A stretch of 53,622 nt of DNA, counting the filler, from Sphacelaria rigidula (taxonomy: Eukaryota), in the NCBI GenBank assembly GCA_964200075.2. It is 5 parts of 5 records of this genome, joined end to end, with 100 filler letters (N's around TTAATTAATTAA, not from the genome) between each part and the next. Parts side by side here need not be neighbours in the genome. Positions count along the whole stretch, not along the records: positions 10,748 to 21,392 come from CAXNAA020006151.1; positions 21,493 to 32,136 come from CAXNAA020006152.1; 3 more parts are not named here. The stretch is one strand, 5' to 3'. The translations under genes were made by a program, and so were the position numbers. The notes beneath the pieces are model-generated. The model saw only the letters and a list, made by a program, of their open reading frames with translations, ran no database searches and was not told where the DNA came from. Below, piece by piece: positions 12,388-25,589 of this stretch; the stretch's first letter is position 1, and each line of letters opens with the position of its first letter.

Positions 12388-12928
12388 TCCAGGGCCGAAG
12401 CTCATGAGAGTAGACGGGCGGCACGTGCACTGCCCCAAGGTGACAGGGTGTGTGTGTTAGTGGGTTCGACCCTCACACTTGCCATGAGCGAAGCTTCCTA
12501 AGGCTTGAGGCACCTACTCCACATGGCTGCCGCCAGGTAGTTTAGTCGAGCCTCAGTAATCGGCACACGAATCCACTTGTGGAGTGAGTGTTGGGTCAGG
12601 TTTCCTCCTTCATTCAAGGGGGGGGGATACAGGCCTTCATGTACCCGTGCGGTCGAAATCGGCACATGACCCTAGTCCGATCCGCTACGATGCAGGTATA
12701 TCAAGATGGAAGTATTTGCACTATACAGGTACCCGTACAGTGAGGGATCCCCTCATAGTGCGGTTATGCCGAACTCGCGACCCACCATACATACTGTGCT
12801 GGGACTCTCACCATGCCGTGTGGGGCTTGTTACGTAGTAGTGTAGCACTCCCCTTCGAACGCAACTCCTCAGAGGTGATTGTGTTCAGGTTTCCGAAAGC
12901 CATCACGCACAGGCTGTATAGATGATGC
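12388..12928 (+). repeat. Probable retroposon 3' segment
   Basis: Non-coding block with a GGGTTCGACCC B-box-like motif and a short GATGATG tail. Only one copy is in the window, so the call is tentative. Confidence 0.35.
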
Positions 12929-13344
12929 TGTGCGGTAGATGTTCCTTTCAGTCTTCTCTCTTCCTTTGGCTGCCTCTGCGCTTCTGCACCTCTCAATCAC
13001 CATCATTACTATGACTATTATCATAACTCAATATTATAATTGTTTCTATAAATAGTACCACTGCTGTTAGTATTACTCAAATATTCAATTTCTTCAATTT
13101 TGTATCGCGTCTGTGTGAATTTTTCTGGGCCAGATTTTTGTCTTACTTATTTTACCCTATTTTGGAGTAGTTAGCCTGTGATCACGGTAGCCGTTCGCAT
13201 CAGATGCCCAGTACAGAGTGCTGTGCAGCTATCGGAACGGTTTCAAATATGATAACAACATAAAACATTCATAATATCAATATCAATTATTGACATTAAT
13301 CACTTTATCATCATTATGATTATATAAATCATCATCGCCATCGA

Positions 13345-13680
13345 GTCGGTTCCCCCGGTGGCTCAGTCGGTAACCTCGTAACCTTCTCACGGTTGAGTGG
13401 TGGGGTTCGATCCCCGGAACGATCTGGGATTTTTTCTTACACCATGCCCAACAGTGGAGAGCGACTATGGCGTGGGTACACAAAAATAACCCCTCTCGCG
13501 AAAAAAAATTAAAAGACAAGCACCGCAGAAGGAAAGCGGAGTACTACAAACAAATTAAAGAAACAAAAAGCTCCTGTGTTGACCTTCTTCCTGTGTGACC
13601 CCCGCTGATCTGCCCGTATATTCCGAAAGGTGGAGACTGGCGCCCAGAATAAAAGGGACGACAACACACACATCATCATT
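13345..13680 (+). mobile_element. tRNA-derived SINE
   Basis: Pol III A box TGGCTCAGTCGG (13359) and B box GGTTCGATCCC (13404), followed by a body shared with copies at 14005-14380 (-) and 47499-47885 (+). Confidence 0.8.
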
Positions 13681-14004
13681 ACTGTTGATCGTCAATAGAT
13701 TGTCTTTCCCTCGTCCAAAAAATAATTAACAAACCATCAAACCATCCATTCCCAACCAACCAACCAATTAATCAATCAATCCATCAAATAAATAATTAAA
13801 TATAATATCCTGATATCCTCATCTGTGTGCATGTGTAGATATGTACATGACCACTGTCTCCCGGTGATTCCATGGTTGCCAACTGGTATGCCGTTGCTTG
13901 CTTTTTCCTCTCTATCCATCCGAGTTTACGCGGCTACATTGCATTCATTTCAGCGTGGGGACAATACAGCATCGCCTGCAGCTCTCGCCACTGCAGCCAG
14001 GGTG

Positions 14005-14380
14005 TGCTGTGTGTGTATCGTCGTCATCCCATCTATTCTGGACGCCGGTCTTCACCTTTCGGTATATCCGGGGGCATCAGCCGGAGTCACAGGAGGAGGC
14101 AAACACAGGAGCGTTTTTTCCTGTTCTTCTGATGTTTTAGCACTCCACCTTCCTTCTGCGGCGCTTGCCTTCATTTTTATCGCGAGAAGGGTTCAGCGGT
14201 CCTTTTCCCTCGTCGACCGTGAGGTCGAATTTTGTGTACCCACGACACGGTCGCTCTGCACTGTTGAGCATTGTGTGAGACAGAATCATCCCAGATCGTG
14301 TGACTTCACCATGATTCGAGCCCACGACCCAACCTTCAGAGCGATTCGAGGTTACCAACTGAGCCACCGGTGCGACCGGT
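14005..14380 (-). mobile_element. tRNA-derived SINE (inverted copy of the same family)
   Basis: The reverse complement has GGTGGCTCAGTTGGTAACCTCG...GGGCTCGAATC, then GATCTGGGA, GTGGGTACACAAAA, CGCAGAAGGAAG and CTCCTGTGTT blocks shared with the 13345 copy. Confidence 0.8.
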
Positions 14381-14468
14381 GTACCCGTCAACAAGTATAC
14401 ATGCATGTTCGCGCGTGCTTGCCCGGGAATCTTCCATCTTTCCACCGTCGATCTGAACAACAGGGTAA

Positions 14469-14893
14469 AACAGCCTGGATCCGTTTTTGAAGTTCAACAT
14501 TTGGTTGAGGTTCAACTTGAAAACAGTGCTTTCACTGACCTGAAGTCATCACCAATGGATTTCATATGGACGACCTCATGCCCCCCGACCTCCTTCAAAC
14601 GTTTCCTGGGGGTTGCCCGTCTTCCGTGCCCCCAAAGCGTATGTGCGAACGCACCCTTTTGCCTCGATATCGGGGCGGAAAAGGGGAGGTTTTGAGCCCG
14701 AAAATTGGTGCTTTCGCATATACGTTTTGGGGGCACGGAAGACGGGCAACCCCCAGAAATAGTTTTGAGGAGATCGGGGGGCATGAGGTCGCCCATTTGA
14801 AATTCATCGGTCATGGCTCTAGGTCAGGGAAAGCACTGTTTTCGAGTTGAGCCTCACCCAAATGTTGAACCTTAAAAACGGATCCAGGCTGTT
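14469..14893. mobile_element. Foldback element with about 185-bp imperfect inverted arms
   Basis: AACAGCCTGGATCCGTTTTT...GGGGTTGCCCGTCTTCCGTGCCCCCAAA at the left end is mirrored at 14707-14893. No clear TSD. Confidence 0.85.
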
Positions 14894-15089
14894 GTATTGA
14901 GATTGATTGTCGTACTTTAACTGACCCTCCGGGGATCCAGCCGTGGTTACATAACAGGCGTACCCGAGACGAAACAAAACTGGAACACTCGCTAAAAAAA
15001 GGTGAAAAAGAAAATGAAGGAGGTAAAACAACGTTTACGATGATAAAAATCAAAACGTTAGCGTACTCGTGACAGATTCAGGTACCATC

Positions 15090-15420
15090 TACTTACTCAT
15101 TTGATCCTTGCCTCAGTCGTTTGACTATTGACCACGCATCCCTTTCGAGACGGAGCACCGCTCCCACTCCCAATAGAGCCACCTTCAACATTTCGGCGCC
15201 CATTACAATTCTTCCGTACGTTACACAAAACCTTTTACAGATCTTATCCCCCCGCCCTGTTTCGCCGTCTGTGGCCACCATGTATCTCCCAGTATAACCA
15301 TCGTTTTCTCCCTACTGTCTACTGCATCAAACAATTCCATGCCACCTTCGTTCACGTTCCGTAGTTCCTCCTCTAGCACGCCTCGTTCCTCCTTGTATAG
15401 GTCATATTCCCCCAATATCC
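15090..15420 (-). mobile_element. 5'-truncated non-LTR retrotransposon (LINE) 3' end, degenerate
   Basis: Decayed frame ILGEYDLYKEERGVLEEELRNVNEGGMELFDAVDSREKTMVILGDTWWPQTAKQ, ending in a TGAGTAAGT tail. The same 3' end recurs at 49060-49136 (+). The LINE assignment is by recognition, not by search. Confidence 0.6.
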
Positions 15421-15821
15421 ACAAAAGAGACGTACCCAAGGTAACACAAAACAGAAACTCTCGCTGAAGAAGGAAAAAGGCAATATATAAATATACGTAG
15501 ATAAACAATAGGAGAAAACGGAGTAAAACTGAACAAAAAAACAAAAAAAACAGAAGGAACCGAGGAGAACTACTCGTGGCAAATAAAAACAAGAAACAAA
15601 AGGAAAAACAATAACGAAATAATGAAACTAGACTACCAAAAGGCCGGCCCCCTGTAGCACGACTTCGGGGAAAAAAAAAAGGGCCATGCGCAAGCTATAT
15701 GTGCACATATTGTTACGTGTAGTTATATTTATCATCGGTCTTTTCAATGGTCTGACGAATGATGACTCATCTGAAAAATTCTCGATCTTAGTGTATTCAT
15801 ACCGCGCGAATCAATCATTAA

Positions 15822-16297
15822 TCCTTTTGGAACTCACAGTGGAAAATTGATCATTTGCATCTGACGGTTTTTGAGCGAGATATGGTCGATGGTTCACAGC
15901 TCAGACGCAACTACATGAACCCAATGCGTATTTTTCAGACCCGTGCGAGTGACAAGCGGAAAAAAAAAAGGTTTTCTATTCACCGATGTGCCGTACCTGA
16001 CCCTGGAACCCATTGCTGTTTTTTGAATGGATGGTTTCAAAGTGTTTTCGCTGATTATTGTCGATGGATACAATTGGACACACTTCATCCGTTGCGTGAT
16101 ACGATTGGACAAATCTCACCCGACCTCTCCAGGGAGGACATTTTCCTGCACCCGCCGCGTGTGCTACTGAGTTCTTTTTCGGTCTTCCATTATAAAGTGG
16201 TTGCCGTCGGTCTTTTCTGCTTCCATGTTCCTTTTCATCAGGGCTTTTCGTAATGAGGTGTTTGGCTCGGGGACAGGAGGGGAGGGTTCCAAAAGGG
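15822..16297. mobile_element. piggyBac-type MITE
   Basis: TTAA|TCCTTTTGGAAC ... GTTCCAAAAGGG|TTAA. Confidence 0.8.
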
Positions 16298-16540
16298 TTA
16301 AGTTTTGTTTTCAGCGTTGCATCGTTGCATCGCTGCATTCCACGCACGCGCACCCCACGCACGTGGGATAGCGCAAGATATGCGGACAGACTCTCCTGAT
16401 CAGCTGTCAAGTTTTTTCTGTCGAGCAATCAGGCATCAGAAATCGTAAATGTGGTGATCTGAACCAGCGATGATCTGTCGGAACCTTGGTTCTTTTCACC
16501 ACAAGCTGCTGGCAAAACAAGAGCACACAGGTGAGCACTT

Positions 16541-16681
16541 CACACCCTGGACGATATGTGGTCATTAGATGCAGTAGACGAAAAATGTATTGGGTAATTC
16601 ATGTATAGTCCTATACTAAATAACCAGTATATTTTTGTCGATTCCATCTAATGATCACATATTTTTATTGTCCAGCGTGTG
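16541..16681. mobile_element. Short MITE with CACACC...GTGTG ends and a decayed 8-bp TSD
   Basis: TIRs CACACCCTGGAC and GTCCAGCGTGTG; flanks GAGCACTT and GAACAGTT. Same family as 40308-40464 and 49177-49333. Confidence 0.65.
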
Positions 16682-16806
16682 GAACAGTTCACAGCGTGAA
16701 TACATGGCCTACAGGATGGTACTCGCAAAAAAAGTGACTCCTTGACCTCTTGTTTACATCTCTTGTTTTAATTCTACACACACATGTGGGCATTTTAATG
16801 CCGCCG

Positions 16807-16881
16807 CGCCCCGGTGGTGTAATGATCCGACTGTCGCTATTAGGGTGGAGAGAACGGAGGTTCGATTCCCGATGCATTGGG
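16807..16881 (+). mobile_element. tRNA-like SINE head or tRNA pseudogene
   Basis: A-box-like TGGTGTAATG and B box GGTTCGATTCC, but no acceptor-stem pairing. Confidence 0.45.
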
Positions 16882-17160
16882 TTTTTTCTTCGTCATGTAT
16901 AATTTCCACCGTGGAAAGCGTGAGAACGTGAGTAAGCAAAGTAGTCGACTGGGTTTGTGTGAGGTGAGTTGACGTGGTGCGGGAGTGCTGGTCATGATCC
17001 AATCCGCGAGACCAAAATGCAAGGCGTGTACCGGGGGAGAGATGGGCTGATCCCTTGAGACCACGGACTCATTCCGAGGAAGGGGAGGGTTTTGTGAGTA
17101 AAAAAAAAACAGTATGCACTTGTTGTCGTTACTGCTGTACCGTAACTGTACTGTGCTCAC

Positions 17161-20234
<3,074 letters not shown>

Positions 20235-20311
20235 TTACTGGTAATGTTCTCGTTGTTGTTGTTATTACTTTTGATGTTTTTGTTGATATTATTTCATTAT
20301 TTCATCATCTC

Positions 20312-20799
20312 CAGGGCTGTACACGTTACACGTTCACGTTCACGTTACGTTCATCACGTAAACTAAAAATAACGTTCACGTTACGTGACGTGTGTCACGT
20401 GAAAAATATATAATGTTAACTTAACGTTACATTTGAAAAATTAACATTACGTTCACGTTACGTTCATCACGTGCAATTTTTTAAACGTAAACGTTACGTT
20501 TCGCACAAAACGTAACGTGAACGTAGCGTGTAACGCTATGGAACGTGTAACGTGTATAGCCCTGGCTATACATGTACACGTTCACGTTCACGTTACGTTT
20601 ATCACTTTAAAAAAAATTAACGTTCACGTTACGTGACGTGTGTCACGTGGAAAAAAATAACGTTACGTTAACGTTATATTTGAAAATTTAACGTTACGTC
20701 CATCACGTAAAGAAAATTCGACGTTCACGTTACGTTTCGGCCAAACGTAACGTGAACGAAACGTGTAACGCTATGGCACGTGTAACGTGTGTAGCCCTG
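20312..20799. mobile_element. Tandem dimer of an ACGT-rich hAT-type MITE
   Basis: CAGGGCT...AGCCCTG unit at 20312-20564, then a second unit at 20565-20799 that lacks its own left CAGG. The outer flanks ATCATCTC and ATTATTTC match at 6/8, consistent with an old 8-bp TSD. Confidence 0.8.
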
Positions 20800-21069
20800 A
20801 TTATTTCCGAACGTCCACTCGATCTCTCGCACCCGCGGTTACAGACTTGCGCTTACCTTTCGCCATCACTACCACCGCATCACCACCATTCTTTACGTGA
20901 GATAGAAGCACTTATTGAGCGGTGCTATTTCCTGCGATTTCCACAGCGTGAAAACGTTTCGCCCCCTTCTATAAAGTTAGTGTCCATTCTCCCCCCCCAC
21001 CCCCCCCCCCCTCGCCCCTCGCCCGCGCGGACCCCCGGCGCCCCCCCCCCGCTTTGTGNNNNNNNNNNC

Positions 21070-21392
21070 GGACCCCCGATGGGGTTGGCGTCGCTTCGCG
21101 ATGACGCTATAAAACACGCCACTTACTGCGTAAGCTAGGCAACCAGGTTACCATTTGTTTTGCGCGCGCTCGCGTTTTTTTTGCGGTAACTATGATGGTA
21201 GCCGAGCTAGATCATGTTGTGCGGTGTGAGAGAACCTCACCTCCGCACAATGAGGATGATCGTACTACGTAGTGTTTGAATGGTGAGACACCCATGAGGC
21301 ATTGTACAAGCCGTGGCTGTCTCTGGAAGTGGCGATACCAGAAAATGAAGCAACTCATTGGAGGGTGTCATCCAAATGCAAAATAAGCAATA
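21070..21392 (+). repeat. Copy of the 9345 repeat family, cut by the contig end
   Basis: Colinear match to about 9385-9680. Confidence 0.8.
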
Positions 21393-21492
21393 NNNNNNNN
21401 NNNNNNNNNNNNNNNNNNNNNNNNNNNNNNNNNNNNTTAATTAATTAANNNNNNNNNNNNNNNNNNNNNNNNNNNNNNNNNNNNNNNNNNNN
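21393..21492. other. Artificial contig spacer
   Basis: Same 100-bp N/TTAATTAATTAA linker. Confidence 0.97.
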
Positions 21493-23219
21493 CCCCGAGG
21501 TTTCGAGATTGGCCGCTGAACAACAGTTCGTGCGCGAAAATCTGTGCTTGCCGACCCCCGCCAGTTTGGGCAACACGACCATCGCAATGACCCCCTGTGG
21601 CGGCAATGTGCCACTCACTGTCTGCCTGTCTGCTTGCAGCTTCGTTTCTCTGCTGCTGTTCTATCTGTCCCGGCGCGACTGTTGACTCCTGAGTGTAATG
21701 TAGTACGTAGTGCACTACAGGTGTGACTCGAGTCTGTGAGCCAATCACAAGCATTTTTCACTACACAATTCACAACGAAGGTCGCATTTCATTGGCTTTA
21801 GATTCCACCGATTCCTCACTGAAGGGCCTCTGATTGCTTGAATTTCACGTTTCACTGCAAAAATCTACCCCCATGTATGGGCGTTGTGCCGACAAATGAT
21901 GTGCCAAGACCGCTTCTTTTATTCTGAAAACGGACTCTCTGAAAACTGCCCTTTTTGAGCCTTTTATCGTGAATTTTTGGTGGAATGCAGGACTTCGCAG
22001 ATTTGGCCTCCTCGGAAAGATTACGATGTTTTTGAAAAGAATTCCAGCGCACATTTGCGATTTTTCGTGCCCCAAGTTTCACCTTCGGCCGGATGCTGCA
22101 TTTTTTTCAGTCGTCCCCCAAATCGTCCAGTTGTTGGATACCCCACTGCTCCAACAACTCGAAGGTTTCTGGGGCGACAAAAAAAATCCAGAATCCGGGC
22201 AAAAGTAGAACTGGGCGTACGATCGGAAAAGCGCGCTAGAATCCTCGTAAAAAACGTAGCAAAACTTTCCGAGGAGGTCCAACTCGCCGAGGCTCGTATT
22301 CCGCAAAAACTCGTGATGAAAGCATAAAAAAGGATAGTTCTCAGAGAGTCCGTTTTCACTCTATAAGACCATCTTTTATGGTAACGAACCTCGATTTTTT
22401 TGAGACTCGGGAGGACACAAATTCGCGAACCCAATATCGGGGGTACCATTTCATGGTACAGACAGCATCACAGATTTGTGAAATAGTTCTGTACATAAAT
22501 TACTATTTTCTGCATGAGTGTGGTACTGCATGCTAGTGCGTGAGGCCGAAGAGCAGGCAGGCGGTAAACAATACTTCGGTACACTGTCGTACCGTGGTGC
22601 CCTAGGGTATTACAGTGCAGGACACTCCATCTCTACAGTACATGATAATGCTGTGTGGTAGTACATGATGGCACAGCCGGTATTGCGAGAACAGTGAACA
22701 AGCAGTGCGCGAGCAGAGTTCAGTAGTGCAGTGCCATACATTTATCGCCCTGCAAGTACAGCGACAACAAAGTAGGATAGTGCCGTACTGTTCGTTATAG
22801 TGATACATGTGGCAGCGCAGCGCAGCATAAAATATTACCGTCGCCGCAGCATACGGCCCCAGAACTTATTATCCGCTTGTCAAACACCGTGCAGAGGTGC
22901 TTCAGCAGCTGGTGCTGTCACGATACTGCCCTCTACTGCGGTTGCAAAAGTATTAAACGCCTCGTACCCTACCATAGTACGTCAACGTACTCACGCCATC
23001 TTCTTCGAAAATTGGGGGGAGTCACGATATCGGAATGATTTCCGCCGTTTTTTTCGAAATATCGGAGGAAGCCGTTCTGAAATCGTGATACCTCGATTTT
23101 CGGCCCCCCGATTAGGTCCAACTCGGGGTCTAAAAAATGCGTTCCCTGATTTTTCCCCCCGATGCCCGTAAAATCGAGATTGGTGACTGCTATAAAAAAT
23201 GGTCCCAGAAGTGACCTAA

Positions 23220-24225
23220 GGCCATGTCTCATCATTTTTTTTCGACTCGAACGAGTTCGTGCGGCGGAATTGATTTAGTTCGTTCTGCTCTATGAGGGTC
23301 CGACCGAATTTGCACGCTTTGAAAAGAAAAAGCTCAGCGAAATTCGTGAAGCGGTATTTGTTTACTTGTGTTCAATGCAGACAACAGTACACACGGTATA
23401 CAAGTACTGTCTGCATTTTGTGCGGTTCGTACAGCGTGCAGGCGCGATGTGGAAAGAAGTGGGCAACGTGACATACATACAGCAGACTGCAGAGCTGTCT
23501 GTACTTTCTGCATACAGGAGGATGTGAAGAAGATTTGAACCGCGTGTAGTTTTGCACCGCCTCTTTTGTCCATGAGAGTGTTGGCAATTCGGTCGTACAC
23601 CCCAGCACTCAACTCCGTCGGTGGACCCCACCACAAAATTAGATGCCCAGGTTTTCGTCAGCAAAAAAGAAACACATCATGCCAAGAGGGTGGTGGTGTC
23701 GGTTCCCCATCACTGCAGTGTACGTATTCCTATGCTTAGTTCGTGATCTATGCTTCAGGGTTGAGTTGGTAGCTGCGATTGAACCGTGTGTTTGGCAATC
23801 ATTGGAAAGGGTGGTATCTAGCATGGTTGTCTGCAACATAGGAGTCATGTGCCCCTTCGTTTGTTTCCCCAGCTTGTTTTCAACTGAAAAAGCCGAGCGT
23901 TTCTGTTCTATGTGCCTGTCGCACGCGAATAATTATGAAATGGGCGTATCAGGCCTTGTCCTATCAAATTGTTTTGGTGTCGAAAAGGTGCGGTCGAATC
24001 GAATTCGCTCGTTTCTGATTCGTCCACGCTACTAATTTTCTGAGATGGTTGAGAAAATAAAGATCGTGGGCGAATCAGAAACGAGGGAATTCCATGTGAC
24101 CGCACGTTTTCGACACGAAAACAATTTGACAAGACACGGCCTCAGATACGAGCTACTCGTAAGTATGACCAACTCGATTCGACCGCATGTTTTCGCGTCG
24201 ATTTCCCCCCCCGCAAGATACGGCC
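23220..24225. mobile_element. PIF/Harbinger-type non-autonomous element
   Basis: TAA|GGCCATGTCT... and ...AGATACGGCC|TAA, with imperfect sub-terminal inverted similarity (TCGAC.CGAA...TGCGG..GAAT.GA). Confidence 0.6.
23952..24141. mobile_element. PIF/Harbinger-type foldback MITE nested in 23220-24225
   Basis: TCA|GGCCTTGTCCTATCAAATTGTTTT ... AAAACAATTTGACAAGACACGGCC|TCA. The element is nearly fully palindromic. Confidence 0.85.
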
Positions 24226-25589
24226 TAAAACACGGCCTAGGCGTGAACTAGCTCCTACGCCAAAACGAACAATCAGCGCGAGTCGGGTCTTCTTTAGTCA
24301 CAACCGGTTGGCGACACTCCCACGGCCAACAAAATTCAAATTTCGTCAAATCCTGACGTCAACTGCAACCGCAACCGTAACCGCAGCCGCAACCCAAAGA
24401 TGACGGAGAAGCCTTGGGTAAAGCAGATCAGAGGGTGCCCTTGGCAAGATATGCGTTTCCAGAGCGTAGATTCTTGCCGCACACGCTAACGAAAATGCGT
24501 GCGGCGGTCGCTTGAGCGCACCTGGGACTGCAAACCCCCTGAAGATCCGAATGCCCGTGATGGTTCAACGGCACCAAAATGGGCATACCGCACGGTTAGG
24601 ATAAACACAACATCCATCAACACATAAGAGTGAGCCTAGCGATAGAGCTTTCTGTTCTACGATGCAGAAACTGGTACTAAATGGCGCGCAATGTAAGTTG
24701 TTGTCCGACAACTACATATGGCAGATGCAGAGACAACAGTAGCTGTACAACAATGAAGACAATCGCCATTATTGCGCACATGATACCAGTGCGCACACAC
24801 ACGATAACTCGTGTGCCTTACAGCAGATGGTGCAAGCTGGAGGGGGGAAGTGACATTTCCCCCACTCTGGCAAACCGAATGCGACTTGCGCAGCTTACCG
24901 AATTCATCGACGGAAAGGGTTGACAGCCCTAAGGTCAGCATCACCAAGGTCAAGCATCTGCTTTCATCCGCGTCTGAGGAGAGTGCATTTGCCCGCACAA
25001 CCCCTCGAACATATTCCAACACGCAAGATCCATTATCACAATGACAGGCAGGGTCTAGCTGATTGAATGAGCATAGTGATACCTCCTGTAGCTTCGGATC
25101 GTACGTGGTATGTAAAATTCTGAGTGGGTATCACATGATCCCGAAAGGATTCGTTGGTGGCCCAGCTTGTTTTTTTCATGCGATCGCGGGTCTGAAAACA
25201 TAATGAGTAGATTGACGAAAAACATACATCAGGACTATCTGCGCATAGGCCGGCGGCGTACATCAACAACACCACCGACAAGGGGCTTCGAGGCATATTG
25301 CTAGAAATCTGGGCGGTTGTTTCGTTCTGAATAATTTGATACTTAAGAACGTTTAATATTTGCGAGCTTTGGATAGTCTTCGCCAGTATAACGGCCGTAT
25401 TTCAGGGCGCACCGTCGCACAAGACACCGGGCACACAGCACTGGGGGTAAGCAGGTTTGAATCTATATTCCTACCGTGCACTGGGAAAAACACAGTTAAG
25501 GCCTTGGTATACTTTTCTTGTCTTCTTTTGGTAAGTTTCGTGCTTCGTCGGCACGACAGTGGTAGTAGGGTACAGCGGTGCACTCGCAG

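Noticed and set aside
13345..13420. tRNA gene
   Set aside because: A and B boxes are present, but there is no cloverleaf, and the sequence continues into a multi-copy SINE body.
16807..16881. tRNA gene
   Set aside because: The acceptor and anticodon stems do not pair.
20312..20799. CRISPR-like array
   Set aside because: There are no constant repeats with unique spacers. It is a TIR-bounded hexamer-rich element in a eukaryotic intron.
24657..25296. Minus-strand ORFs as upstream ArgRS exons
   Set aside because: They have no ArgRS motifs and lie on a different contig from the ArgRS exons.
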